Assembly: GCA_964016885.1 (NCBI GenBank)
Contig: OZ024740.1
Coordinates: forward strand, 325,500,001-325,564,000
Origin: Eledone cirrhosa
Taxonomy: Eukaryota
Direction of reading: 5' to 3'
DNA length: 64,000 bases
Positions 13,330 to 28,415 of the stretch are shown in pieces; position 1 is the stretch's first letter, and every line of letters begins with the position of its first letter. A program made the position numbers and the translations under genes. The notes beneath the pieces were generated by a model. The model was not told where the DNA came from. It saw only the letters and a list, made by a program, of their open reading frames with translations, and searched no databases.

Positions 13330-13800
13330 AAATAAAGGTACAGTTCATCCGAATGACTTGGACAAATTTTTCGTTAGTCCAGTGTTTTTCACAAGACATG
13401 AATCAGTGGGATCAAACCTCAGCCCTAGTTGTTGCGAATGGAACTCCTGAACCTTTCAACAATACTTGCTTCCAGTTTATTATATATTTATATGATAAGT
13501 GAAATACAATTTTTGCCAAAAACCGAGTTTTGGCCGACCGTGTCCTCGGCCTCTCATGTCCTCGGTCTCCGAATTGACGTTTTCTATCACAAAATTGGAA
13601 GGAGTGCATCCCGCTCGAGGAACGATCCCTTGCGATAGAGTATCTGATTCAGTGCCTGACTGTTCTCTGCAGCAATATCTCTCTCCCTTTTCTCCACAGA
13701 GCGCAGCTGAGATACGAGTGTGGGCTGAAACATTCATAGGCTGTGAAGGAGTGATGCTAGAACTGTGAAAAAGTGATGCTAGAGCTTTGAAATTTGACAT
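13330..13800 (-). pseudogene. Putative first coding segment of channel relic B
   Basis: A non-repetitive 106-aa ORF from ATG 13800 continues in frame through stops to FDPTDSCLVKNTGLTKNLSKSFG (cf. para PDPTLEQGVPIPVRLQGSFP). Confidence 0.35.
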
Positions 13801-14370
13801 GCATTAATTTCAACTCTTGTTATTAATAACAATATTATTTCTTTCCAGGGACTATGTTGAAAAATAAACCTCATTTTGGTTATTCCATGATAGTATCTTG
13901 GTCAGCCTCTGAACTTTTCAGCCGACCCTCCTATACCACAAAGTCTGGGGTGTATAATCCGCCGCTCTCTTCCCTCTTTCCATCACTTTCACCATTTAAT
14001 CTTTTTCTTTCGTTTCCTTTTTTTATTGCAAACGTATGATAACGTATATTAACCATAAAACAGCTACTGCACTAGCTATTAACTAATATGTGTTCACTCT
14101 GAACATCGAGATGCAATTTCACAACTACAATCTTACTTGTTCATTGAGTGACTGAGTCATTGCCGGAGATGAATGAAATATCATTAGTAATTTTCGTAAA
14201 CCTTGTGTCCTTCTAAGGAGTAAAAGATAGGTTTGGGACAGTAGATGTGTAAAAACTAGACTGACTTCAAACTAAAATTGAACTTCCGTTTATTGTGGGT
14301 CTGCTTCTCTACGTTCAGCCCTTGTCACTCCCTTTGAAAGCAGCGATTCTTTGCTTAAACTTTAATCTGT

Positions 14371-14802
<432 letters not shown>

Positions 14803-14962
14803 ATATAACTGTTCTGTAGAACAACTGATGTTATTGCATTGAGCTATTTATCTTACTGGTAATAAGGTAGTAATAAATTACTGTCTTTCACTGTTTAGGG
14901 TTTAAAATATATATAACTATAAAAAGTTTTAGTATATACATAACCATAAATAGTATCCTTAA

Positions 14963-15001
<39 letters not shown>

Positions 15002-15055
15002 TATATTGTAGAGATATTTTTGCATACACAATAACAAAATATAAACAAACGTATT

Positions 15056-15096
<41 letters not shown>

Positions 15097-15397
15097 CCAT
15101 ACACACACATACATATAAACATATATACTTACATAGATATATACATATAAATATACATGCATATACACATACAGGCAGACAAAAAGACAGATTGACATCT
15201 GCATACATGCTTAAATTCACACATATGCATACTTGCATGTATAAATACATACATACATACATACATACATACATACATACATACATACATACATACATCC
15301 ATCCATACATACATACATACATACATACATACATACATACATACATACATACATACATACATACATACATACATACATACAAAACATACATACATAC

Positions 15398-15750
15398 ATG
15401 GTGGCTGCCAACTCGTTTTCGAGTACGCCCACTACTTTATATCCATGTAGGAGAACCCATACTAATGCGCTGAACGAGTGTGACTTTTTAGTCCAGCCAG
15501 CGACTTGAAAACTCTGGTACAAACACTACACTTGTGACAATTATTGATACATAGTGCTGGGCCCATGGTACCACGTGACGACAAGTGCAGAGAGATCTCC
15601 AGATATAAAGCAATGCCTGTGCCGTGAAGCTTTTATAGTGAGCAAAGGCACTGCACAAAGCCAGTCCCACTCTCTTGACCAAGATGATATTTACCAAAAA
15701 GAAGAACAAGTCAACATCATTGGATACCATCAGGGTTTCAGGTGTTAAAT
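15398..15750 (-). mobile_element. 5'-truncated copy of a non-autonomous RTE-derived element
   Basis: Close reverse-complement match to about 28013-28363; embedded in (TACA)n. Confidence 0.8.
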
Positions 15751-17820
15751 ACATACATACATACATACATACATACATACATACATACATACATACATAC
15801 ATACATACATACATACATACATACATACATACATACATACATACGTACGTACGTACGTAGTTAGAGAAAGAAAAGAAACATGCCATCTTGCACAGATAAA
15901 TCATAGCATTTAGAGAGCAACAGAAGAAAGACGTGGAACGATGTGAGGAAAGAAAGGGAAAGGGGTAAGGCGATGATGGAAGGAAGGAAGGAAGGAAGAA
16001 AGAAAGAAAGAATGAAAGAAAGAATGAAAGAATAGGAGGAAGTAAAAAAGAAAGAAAGAAAAGGAGGAAGAAAGAAAGCACGGAAGATAGAAAATGCGAA
16101 AGAAAGAGCCAAACAAACAAAGAAAAGAAAGAAAAAGAAAGAGAGAGAGAAAGAAAGAACCAAACAAACAAAAAAGAAAAGAAAGAAGAAAAAAGAAAGA
16201 AAGAAAGGAAGAAAGAAATATAGAAAGAAAGAAAAAAGAAAAAAGAAAGAAAGAAAGAAAAAGAAAGAGAGAAAGAAAGAAAGAAATATAAGAAAGAAAA
16301 AAGAAAAAGAAAGAGAGAAAGAAAGAAAGAAAGAGAGAAATATAGAAAGAAAGAAAACAGGAAAGAGAGAAAGAAAGAAGGAAAAGGGTGAAGAAAGAAA
16401 ATGCGAAAGAAAGAACCAAACAAAAAAAGAAACGAAAGAAAAAAAAGGTGAGAAAGAAAGGAGTGTTGATAAATTTGCAATTGTTTTGTTATTTGCTGAA
16501 TTTGTTTGATTAGTTGAAATAGTTTGATTTTTCAACTAGTTGATGATTGATCATAACTGATCACTTCCTTTTTCATTATAGTCAATCACTGATTACTGAC
16601 CTCTTACTTAACATACCACCGCCATTTTGTTTAATGTTGTTCTGGTTTTATTGTCGTTGTTAGTGTTGTGTGTGTGTGTGTATGTGTGTATCTGTGTGTG
16701 TGTGTGTGTTTTGGTTGTGGGGTGATGTTGGTGGGAGCAAGTGTGATATTACTGGTGGGAAGGGTGATATTGGTGATGGTACTGGTACCGGTGGTGGTAG
16801 TAGTGGTGTCGGTATTGATGACGTTGTTGTTGTTGGTGTTGATGATGATAGTGGTGGTTGTGGTGATAGTGGTGGTATTGTTGGTAGTGATGACGTTGTT
16901 GGTGGTGTTGTTGGTGGTGGTGGTGGTGGTCGTCGTCGTCGTGGTGATAGTGTTGTCGGTAGTGATGACGTTGTTGTTGGTGGTGGTGGTGATGTTTTTG
17001 TTGCTGTAGTGATGGCGTCCCTCTTGTTGCTGTTAGTAGTGTTGATGTTGATGGTGGTGGTGGTCCTACTGGTGCTGGTGCTAGTGTTGGTATTTATGTT
17101 AGTGGTGGTTGTGCTGCTGTTGTTGTCATTACTGTGGATCTTGTTGTTCGTAAGGTTGTAGTTACTGCTGTTGTTGTTGTTGCAGGCGTCACTACTGTAG
17201 CTGTTCTTGTTGTTTTTGCTATACTTTTATCGTTGTTGGTGCTATACTTTTTAGGAAAGCAGTAGTTAAAGCCATGATTAAAGACGTGACAATCCATTAA
17301 TATTTTCAAACAGAACTTATCATTGACTAAATTATTAAATGTCCTTACTTAAAAATACAAACAGCAGACTCTGGACCAGACGTTGTGTCGGGGGTTATAA
17401 GCGATTATATCGACCTCTCCCCCACTAACACATCACTAGTATATATGTTGCCGCGACCTCTTGAAGAATAATTGAAACAAAGATAATATCAGTGGGATTT
17501 GAACTCAAACGTACAGAGACGTAACTAATCACGGCAGCTCTGTTGATTCTGCCTAACCATCGCACTAATATATAATGTGTTGGACCTCAGTCGATTAATG
17601 CTTACCTGTGAAATTAACGTACAAGTTTCTAAGCATACTCTATGTATACGTACCATTAAAGGAGTTCTCGTAGAGGTTTAGCGTGACAAGGCTGGCCCTT
17701 TGAATTACTGTTACAAATTATGGAGCAACGTAAAATAAAGTGTGTTGCTAAAGGACAGATTGTGTCGCCGAAAAAGGAACTGATGAACGTACAACTGTGA
17801 GCCGAATTCTCAATTATTCT

Positions 17821-17948
17821 TAAATACCAGGCATTGATTCATCAGACCTCCAGTTTCCTCTGTCCCCGAACTGTCACATTCTTCCTCTATAAAATTAGGA
17901 CGAGTGCAACTCGTCTGAGGAAAGAGCTTCGTGTGAGGTAGACTATCT
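17821..17948 (-). repeat. About 128-bp dispersed repeat attached to a (GAA)n tract
   Basis: Reverse complement of 29631-29757 with the same end points. Confidence 0.85.
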
Positions 17949-18004
17949 TCTTCTTCTTCTTCTTCTTCTTCTTCTTCTTCTTCTTCTTCTTCTTCTTCTT
18001 CTTC

Positions 18005-18400
18005 TTGCTTGACGAGGCTGGAATCATCCTAAGCCAGTGGCCCCAGGAGCATCATCGCGCGTAGTGCCAATCAAGTCCACCAGTGATATTCCATCGCTGA
18101 CGGTCCCATGCCAGCTTCTCTGCATTCTCCAAGGTGATGTCGATCCTCCGGGAATCTTGCCTGATAACATCCAGCCATCAGGTGCGGGTCCTGCCGCGTG
18201 GCCTCTTCCAGCCTGCAGTCGCTGCGTCGACCGAGAATAAAGCCCTGGTAAAATGATCTGATCGAAAGCGGAGGACATGTCCGTACCAGCGCATGCGGCG
18301 TATAGCTATGATGCGGGAAGCTGTGGGTTGATGCGTGCGCTCACGCAACACTTTGTTAGAAACGTGGTGGTGCCATCTGATGTTTTTGGTGGTCTTCGGG
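18005..18400 (-). mobile_element. RTE LINE 3' fragment
   Basis: RRMRWYGHVLR..GWKRPRGR..WLDVIRQD..DRQRW, ending caagc(aag)n. Confidence 0.75.
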
Positions 18401-20639
18401 GCTCTGCTATATATATAGTGTGTTGGACCACCCTCAGTTACAGTTTGCCCGTGAAATTAACGTAGGAGTGCCTAAACATACCCTTTGTATACGTACCTTT
18501 AACGTAGTTCTCGTGAAGATTCAGTGTGACAAAACTGACCTTTGAATTACTGGTATAAATTATGGAGTAGCGTAAAATAAAGTGTGTTGCTAAAAGACGG
18601 AACGCGTCACCGAAAAAGGAACTGGTGAACCTACAACTGTGAGCCGAACAATCTAAACACTAAAACATGCGCCTTCATTCGCGTTTATTGAATAATACAT
18701 GTGTCTAGCATAGATATATCGTCATAAATTTTTTCATAGAGAGGGTGCTAATTTAATAAATCAACACCGGAACTAGTATGTTCGGTGGTCGATCGTAAGG
18801 TCGTAAGCTTGGTGCGTTGTGACCTTGAGCAATGTATTTTGCTTCACATTTCTCCAGTCTACATATCTGGAAATAATAATTTGTACCTGTTGTTCGAAAG
18901 GTCTGCCTCGTCACACACTATGCCACGTTGAATTACATGCATAGTCCATCTAAGATGGACTATGCATGTAATTCCAAAGGTACAGCCATGTTACACACTG
19001 TCACACGGAATCTCCCTGAGAATTACATTAAGAATACATTAACTTGCAAGTTAATTTCATGAGCAGGCTATTTCATTGGTCAAACAACTGGAACACATGT
19101 CGTCGGAAACGTGGGAGGTCCAACACGCCTATACGCACTCACACGCACACACTCATACACACATACACTCACACACTCGCACGCACATTCACACGCATAT
19201 TCACACACGTACACACACTCACACATAAACACACAAACACTCAGACGCACACTCAAATACACGTGTGTGTATGTGTATATGTGTGTGTATGTATGTGTTT
19301 ATGTGTGTGTGTGTGTATGTGTGTGTGGTAAGTGTCCTAGCACAGATGAACCGAATCATTCTTGGTTGTACCTGCTTCATATATACCTCTAATGCCTCTG
19401 GGGGTAATGTTATAAAGATCACAGCTTCCGTCACTACTGAAATCAATAATGCTAATCAATATTTCTGATCATGAAATATCACCCTACAAAATGTCACTGT
19501 ATGTATTTGTATTTTTTTAATTAATGTGATAGATAAATAAACATTGAGACGATTGACCCCCCACTCTCCCTCTTTACACCCATCCCCCCCCACACACACA
19601 TGCACATATACGGCTGTGTATATATGTGTGTGTATATATATATATATAAACATATACACACATATACACATAGACATATGGCCTTTCAATAGCAAGCCAT
19701 ACACTACCACACACTACCACACACTACCACACTACAACCACACGACTATAAATACTGGTCGAACGGTGACTACACAACACAGTTTAAGCATCTGTTACAA
19801 ATTGGTACTCTTCTATTGAAGGAGGCGGAAACGCTATAGAATGCTAATTACCGTCCAATATCGATTTCCGTTTATTTCTATTGGCTAATCAATTATTCCT
19901 TTGTCAGCCTTCAGGAATTACAGTTTGCTAGTAAGTTGACTTTCATGTGTTTTACAAAGGCATTAGTGATGGTTGGTTAATGGGGGTGGAAAGGGAGAGG
20001 AGATGAAGGGAAAGGAGAGAGAAAAGGAAGACAGAAGGGGAAATAAAAAAGAGAAGAATTGATAAAAGAGAAAGAGAGAAAAGGAGAAAACACGAGGTAA
20101 GAGGATGGAAAAAATAACGATAAGTAGAAGAGGGGAAAGGAAATAAAAATGATGAGAGGAAAGGGGGAAAGGAGAAGAGGATGGAAATAGAAAGAATGAT
20201 AGGAAGAGGAAAGGAAAGAAGGAGATGACGGAAATAGAAAGAATGATAGGAAGAGGAAAGGGAAGAAGGAGAAAAGGACGGAAATAGAAAGAATGACGGG
20301 AAGAGGGAAAGGGAAAGAAGCAGAAGAGGACGGAAATAGAAGGAATGAGAGGAAGAGGGAAAAGGAAAGAAGGAAAAGAGGAGAAAGGGAAAGAAAAAGG
20401 AAGAGAGGAAGAGAGAAATGGAAAGAAGGGAGAAATGAAGAGGAATTAGGTCAATTGATTGGCTTAATTTTGCTAATTTTGCTAATATTTCTGCTACATT
20501 TACTTCCCATCAATCTATTTTTTCTATTGCTGTTTTTCTTTATACTTTAGCTCCCAGCAAAGCCATTTCCATCACATTCCTTGGACTTTAACGACCCCGT
20601 CTGAGGCGTGTTTAATATAAAAATGTTTAGAAAGCTATT

Positions 20640-22420
20640 AATATTATAAATGTTAGAACGATCGTCTGGCAAGGTTCGTTTCAGCCTTGCCTGTTCCAGT
20701 TTTTTACATTCTCAGTTCAGACCCCATCAAGGTCAACTTTGCCTTTCATCTTTCCAAAATCGATAAAATAAAATTACCGGTCTAGTAATATAAAAATGCT
20801 TAGAAAGTTATTAATATTATATTAGAAATGTTAAAGCGACGGATTTTGAAAGAATAGCAACAGCTTTGCACTTTTATACCAATTGTTACAGTTCTCGTTC
20901 TGAGTTCAAATCTCGCCGAAATAAACTTTACTTTTCATTTTTCTAAGATCGCTAAAATAAAGTGCACGGCTAGTAATATGTGAAGGCGCACGTCCTAGTC
21001 GTTAGAATGATGGGCTTACGATCACAATGTCGTGATTTCGATTCCTGGACTGGGCGGCGCGTCGTATTTTTTTAGTAAATTGTTTCACTTCACATCCTAA
21101 CCGTTTGAGTTTTGTACTCTCAGTCGCTTAACGCTAATGAAGCCGAGATGAACTCCCAACTAATGAGTCTCCGGGATTGGTACATATTTCAACCTTTTTT
21201 AACCCTAGTTATATAAAAGTATAGGTGGCGATTTGGCTGAGTCGCTAGAACGTCGGATAGAATGCTTTATGGTATTCGTTCCGGCTCTCTGCTCTCTGAG
21301 TTCAAATCTCGCCGAGGTCATCTTTGCCTTTCATCCTTTCGAGGTCAATAAAAAAAAGTACCAGTTTAGTACTGGGGTCTTCCTCTATATCACATTGTCA
21401 TTTCCTCTCTCTCTCACTTTTTATCTTTCTCTGAAAGAAATCTACTTTACTCAGGTCTGGAGAGGGATGAGATCCGCCAGGCTTTAAATTCCCAAGAAAC
21501 GCCGTACGTCAATACGGTGCCCCTACGACTCTATCAGGAGTTACAGGACCATACCATACCAATATAAAAGTACTTCGAAATCTATTAATGTTATATTATA
21601 TAGGTTAGGGTGGTGGTTTTGACACAATCGTTTCTGTCTTATCTATTCCAGTTTTTCACATTTTGTGTTCAAATCTCACCAAGGTCAACATTTTCTTTCA
21701 TTTTTCCGAGGTTAATAAAATAAAACACCAGCTTTGTATTGGTATCCATTTAATTAACTAATCCCTCACCACCACCGCCTTTAAATCTCTGACCTTATAT
21801 TAATGTTAGAAATAATTATTAGAGCCTCGGACAAATGTTACTTAGTATTTATTCCGATGAGATCAAATTTGCCTTTCATCCTTCTATGGTCGTAAAATAA
21901 TTGTTTCTACTTTTGGCACAAGGCCAGCTATTATCCCAGTGTATTACTGGTACTTTATTTTATCGACCCCGTAAGGATGAAAGGCAAAGTTGACCTCGGC
22001 GGGATTTGAACTCAGAATGGCAAGGGCCGAAACTCTATGCATCAAAGCATGGCGTCCGACCCTCTACCGATACTGCCAATCCACCAAAATAATGTCCCAG
22101 TCTAATACTGGGGTCAATTAAATCAACTTTCCTTTCCACCAAATATTGTCGACTTTTTGCTTAAAATTAGAAACCATTATCATTATTATAGATGTTGAGG
22201 GTGGTGGATTGGCAGTATCAATGGAGCGTTGAACAACATACCTTGCGGCATAGAGTTATTGCCCTTTACGCTATGTTCCCAAATCCCGCTGAGGTTAGCT
22301 TTGCCTTTCATCCTTATGGGGTCGATAAAACAAAGTGCCTGTAACAAACTGGGGTCGATTTAATCGACTTCCCCTCTCTCCAAATTGTTGGCCTGGTGCT
22401 TAAATCAGAAACCATTATTA
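20640..22420. mobile_element. Cluster of SINEs including a nested family A copy
   Basis: Several family A and B copies; 21902-22085(-) sits inside an older copy with TSD aaaataat (21894-21901 / 22086-22093). Confidence 0.8.
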
Positions 22421-23724
22421 TAGATGTTATCGGCTATGGAGCTGTACACAATGTGGGATTGAGTCACGGCTGTGATTAATATCATATTTCCTCTTTCCAG
22501 GATGATAAAAATAAAGAGTAGGTCTAGTACTCTGCTGAACCTCCGTCAATTCTGGCAGCGAGTGTTTCAGTTCGAACAACGAAACAGCCTGCTTGTTAAA
22601 TTAATGCACGTGTCCTGAGCATTACACGTGTACATATAGCGTAGTTCTCATGGAAATTCACCATAGCCCTTTGAACTCCTGATACAACTTCTTTTGCCAA
22701 CTGTGTGATATTAAATGCCTTGCTCAAAAACATGACACGTACCGCCGGAAATCGCGCTCGCGATAATACGATCGTGAGCCAAACACCCTAACCAATAAGC
22801 TACGTGTCTCCTTACAAAAAAAAAAAAAACAACTAAGTAGTAAATAATCATTATATCAGATTCGATCGGTATAAAAAATATGGTGGCTGAGGGAAAATAA
22901 AAATCAGAATAACGTAAAGAAAATATTGAAAAGTTTTACACTTGTTAAAATTTAGCAAATTGATTAATAAAATAATTTCTCTATGTTGAAAAATTCAGTA
23001 CAGTGAAGAAGAAAAAATGGAAAAACAGAAAATATATAATATACAATACATCACACAATATGTTGAACGTATTTTAATTCAATTTATAACATGTGTAGAA
23101 GGAAAGTATAGAAGCGAGACGATGTCAAAACCGAAGTGAAAAAAAAAAATTAAATAAATATAATAAACGTTTATACGTGGAAAGAAAGAATATTTGTTAT
23201 AAAAACTTCAGCGAATACATATTACAAATATCCTATTATACTAATAACAACTATATTGAATTAAATGTATGCGTGTTTTTATGGGGTGACGGGGGAGGGG
23301 GCTATGTGCGTGTGTGTGTATGTGTGTACTAATAATCATACATAAGATATGAAATAGTTTAAACCAGGTGATTCAGTTCAACTACGAAATTTTCAATTGT
23401 ATCTGTCAAACAACAGTTACCGAAAGTACATAGTCTAGTGATTGCAGTGTTGGACTCATGACCATAAGGTGGTACGTTCGATTCTTAGACTGCGCAACCT
23501 GTTGTGTTTTTGAGCAAGACACTTCATTTCTGTATATTTAATGAAAAGAACAAACCTTTCATATGAAAAAACAAATGTTTTGTCGATATGCTTCACGAAT
23601 TGTTTGATGTAAATTTTGAGGAGAAATGTTTGATGAAATGTGTGAATTTCATATTTTATGAAAACAAGTGTTTAATGAAAATTTTTGATGAAAATTTAAG
23701 CATGGTTCATAAAAAAAATATTGT

Positions 23725-25360
23725 GACGTGTCACATGTCCAGCTAATACAAGCCTCCGTCACTTCATGATGCCAGAAAGGCGAGGATGTGAACCATAGAG
23801 CGATTTATTTGTTAGATGTGTTTTGTAGATGCTCTGGACATTCAGAATGGACTCAACCGTTGACTTGAATAGCCTTTTTCGTTTCATTCTTGATTGGAGA
23901 TACCTAGACGTTCGATAGAGAGGTGAGATCCCCATGCCTTGCCTGTCCTATTATCAACATGTTCTGTGTTCGGGTAACTGCCTAGATACAAGACGTCATC
24001 TACGTAGATACAAGAAGCTATCTATATCTTCAATCACCTAAACAGCTAGTGCATGAATTTCGTTATTTGATGTTGCATTGAAATGCATGGACTTTGTTTT
24101 GTCATCATTCAGTAAGAATCCAATCGACTGTCCTGTAGTCTCAACTCTGTGTAATACGTCCTCAGCTTCTTTGATTGTAGTTTCTATGACAGCGATGTCA
24201 TCTGCTTAAACCAATTCGGGTAGAAATTTCTCCGGGTGTCTGGTGCCTTACCTACCTGTTAGTGTTATCCCATCTAGTGGCACAGTGGCATTACTCAATT
24301 TATAATCAAAGCAGATTATATCAGCATCAAAATATAATAGGAGTTGGTTTGACAGTACAAACACATCTTCCTCTGCTTATAAAAGCAACCAAGGTCACTA
24401 ACTGGATTGTCCTAACAGTATCAAAGGAAATTTTAAAAGATTGCTGCTATACACCCAACAATCACCTGCCGGAAGAGGAAGTAGATAATGTTTACCATCA
24501 ACTGAGTGCTACTGTTTTTGACGTTCCTTCAAATGCCATGCTAATTATTGGAGGAGATTTCAACGCGCAGAGAGGAAATTTTTAACACCAGACTACTAAC
24601 AGAAACGGCATATTTTTAGAAGAGTTTCTACATCAGCGTAAACTCCTAACTGGAAATACTATCGTCAAGAAACCCAAACAGAAACTGTGGATTCGGAGAC
24701 ATCTAACTGGACATCTTTCCCAAAATGGCTACATTATTTATAGGAAACGATGGGGGAGCATCATTCATTATTATCGAGCACATATTTCCCCTGTAGTTGT
24801 AGGTGGGGGAAATCACAACATCATCATGACCAAACGTAAACTCAGCCTACGTTTAACCAGGGGATCCAATAAGAAACAGCTTTACTTGAAGGTGCTAAGG
24901 ACGTAGGTATGTCAACCTTGCAAGAACAATTGACAATTCGATTGCAAATAAATTTGAATCCTTGACAACTGAAGAGAAACATTATACTTCATCTGTGTCC
25001 TTATATAATGAAGTGGGTGAAGAAAACCTATCAAGACGCCCCTGTTCTGCCACACATACTGTGAGAAGTACAATACCTAAAGTTAGAAATAACACCCTCA
25101 AAACTACGGCATCAGCGCTCTACTTTCGACCATCCTGAGGACGAAAGAATCAACGAAACCCTAGTTCATTTTATGAATAGTAACAACAGCCACATAGAAG
25201 CTTGAAAATTGATAAAAGAACTTTCTGGTGAGAGGAAGAATGTGACATATATCCAAGAGGAAGACCACCATGCTACTTGGAAGGAGCACTTTCACAAACA
25301 CATGTCAACAGACAATCCTTGCGATCCAGACGTAGAAACTGACCCCATAATAAATGTTTG
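23725..25360. mobile_element. RTE-like LINE relic with inverted 5' part
   Basis: Minus strand from about 24245: PEKFLPELV*ADDIAV (RT motif C). Plus strand from 24262: APE endonuclease CYTPNN..LIIGGDFNA..TNRNG. Confidence 0.75.
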
Positions 25361-25955
25361 ATAAAATATATATATTTCTTGTAACAATTTGTTTGGTGAA
25401 AATCTAACAAAGCTTCTTTTGTATTTGACAAAAATTGTTTGAACAAAATGTTCGACGAAGATCACAAAAACGTTTCATGAAAATGTTTGAACACATATTG
25501 TCGAAACCTACGGAGGTCCATTTCCTATGTGTATGTGTATTTAAAATCACAGAGAGATTTTCAAGACTAACGCTTTTAGTTCAGATGTGTTTGCTGCAAT
25601 CCATTAAGCACCTCTTCCGCTCGAACAAGTAATAAAAATATTTAGATCTGAATAACACCTATTCATTCTCGTTTATATGGGAATATTTAGAAAACATTTG
25701 TAAGAAAGAAACAATTCGAGTATCAAGAAAACATGAAAGATATATATGTACTGTTTTCTTTAAAATACATACAACAATGCATATCTATATGTTTCAGCCA
25801 TATTGTGAAATCTATATATTTTACAAGTGGATCGTTGATAACGTATTTGAGTATACCGGACAATTAAATAGCCTGTTTAATGTCTCTTATGTTTTATTCA
25901 CTCCTTTCTATCCATATATCCACACACACATATATATATTTATATATATATACAT

Positions 25956-26043
<88 letters not shown>

Positions 26044-26050
26044 ATATATG

Positions 26051-26083
<33 letters not shown>

Positions 26084-26102
26084 GTATATATGTATATATA
26101 TG

Positions 26103-26136
<34 letters not shown>

Positions 26137-26172
26137 TAAATATATATATATATGTAAATATATATATATATA

Positions 26173-26207
<35 letters not shown>

Positions 26208-26578
26208 TTTCCTCCTCGTGAATGCATTGGAGGAATATTTGTATATACATACACGAAATCATGCACGTAAATAAGTAAGGACATATACACGAATGTATAC
26301 GCAGACACACACTCATCAATACATACATATATATATATATATGACACATATGTATGTACGTAAGTATGTATATAGAGGTTTCCCGTGGTTTGTCCAAGAG
26401 AACAAGGCTTACAGTTACAAAGGAAAGTACTCAGTATTTCTGAGTAGTGTGTGTGTATGATCTGCTTTTTTCCCTATATTCCTATATTAATTCCGTTTCG
26501 ATTTGCAGGGAATCTGTTCAAAAACTAAATGAAAGAAGGGAGGAAGGAAAGAATGAAGAAGAGAAAGAAGCAAGGAAG

Positions 26579-26629
<51 letters not shown>

Positions 26630-26739
26630 GTGTGTGCATAAAAATATAATCGTCATAATGCAAATATCTATAATGATATTTTTATACTTGGGGAGGGTCA
26701 TATTTGTGTAATATTGCCAGAATTAATTTCCCTGGAGGG

Positions 26740-27720
26740 AAATTAGCTAACCAGTGTAGAAAGGCCCTGAGAAAGACCCACTTAAAGATTAAGGTGGTAG
26801 AAAAGCAGGAACCACCATAAAATCCCTGATCAGCAAAACCTACCCTTTAAGAAAACCCACTGTTCTAATAGGAATGTATCGTATGTAAGGTAAACCCCCG
26901 GATAATCTGTAAAACTAGAACGTAGTCTATAGCATAAGATGTACAGAGGGTACTTGCAGAACATGACAACAACATACATAGGCGAGACAGCTCGTAGCAT
27001 AGGTGAAAGGATAGACCAACACTGGGGGGGGGGGGGGACTAAAAGACGAAAAAACGGTTCAGTACCATACGAACATGCCAGACAACACCACGACGGTAAC
27101 ATAGACAACATAGAAATTAAAATAATATCTAAACATAGAAATGACCCCAGCAGATAGGCAAATCAGAGAGGCCAGTGAAATAGAACTTAGAAGACCAGGG
27201 CTAAACAGAAAAATGAATGGAATAACAACACCCAAACAAACAACACTGACCTAAGAGAAGTATAAATAAATAAATAAATAAATAAATAGATAAATAAATA
27301 AATACATACACAAGCACAATAACAACAAACATATAAACACACACTAGTAAAGATAGAATACATTAACTAATACACAGTCACCCAATCACGAACACACATC
27401 AAACAAAACACTATACACACACGCAAACGCATGCGCAAAGAAGACAAATAAAATAAACAAATAAATAAATATATAATCAGACTAAATAAAGATGGCGTAG
27501 AAAATACAATGCAACGGGAGAAAACAATAGCACCACTGACGATGTTGCAGATGTGCAACGAAAGAACTTTGATAAACTGCCCGTCACCCACCTTGTAAAC
27601 TGTCTCTCTGTTGACCACTGGCCGCTGGTATCTGTCTTCTGGGGCATTTTTGCCTATCGCTCTCTTTGACAGCATTTAGTTGTTTTAACGACTTTTCTAG
27701 CGATAAGTTTTCTCATTTCT
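26740..27720 (+). mobile_element. Degenerate PLE 3' end (GIY-YIG, non-Naiad type) with HHR
   Basis: YIGETARSIGERIDQH..EHARQHHDG..RQIREASEIELRRPGLNRK. HHR motif 27532-27573: ACCA-CTGACGA-t-GTTGCA-gatg-TGCAAC-GAAA. Confidence 0.8.
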
Positions 27721-27751
27721 ATATGTATTTATATGTATATATATATATATT

Positions 27752-28363
27752 ATGTCAGGTCACCAGTTGGTGATACTAGTAACATGTATCCCAGTACAAC
27801 CTGTCTTATGGTCGGGTCGTTGGCGACTAAAATGGCAACCCCACCAAGGTTTCTTGGTGAGGAGGGTGACTTTGGACATCCTGCAGGACTAAAAACAAAA
27901 CCTGTCAAAGGGAAAAAGAGCTCTTAAGAGTCAATGGCCATCCAAAATCACCGGGAGAGATGACCCCTTAGCCTTTGTCAAGGCAGAATTCTAGGAGAAG
28001 GAAAACTCTGATATAACACCTGCAACCCTGATGGTATCTAATGATGTTGACTTGTTCTTCTTTTTGGTAAATATCATCTTGGTTAAGAGAGTGGGACTGG
28101 CTTTGTGCAGTGCCTTTGCTCACTATAAAAGCTTCACGGCACAGGCATTGCTTTATATCTGGAGATCTCTCTGCACTTGTCATCACATGGTACCATGGGC
28201 CCAGCACAATGTGTCAATAATTGTCACAAGTGTAGTGTTTGTACCAGAGTTTTCAAATCGCTGGCTGGACTAAAAAGTCACACTCGTTCAGCGCATCGGT
28301 AGGGGTTCTGCTACATGGATATAAAGTAGTGGCCGTACTCGAAAACGAGTTGGCAGCCACCAT
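27752..28363 (+). mobile_element. Non-autonomous bipartite RTE-derived element (about 610 bp)
   Basis: RTE 5'UTR-like motif ctaggagaaggaaaactctga at about 27991; 3' end ctcgaaaacgagttggcagccaccat; flanked by (TA)n; no credible ORF. Confidence 0.6.
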
Positions 28364-28380
28364 ATATATATATATATGTA

Positions 28381-28415
<35 letters not shown>

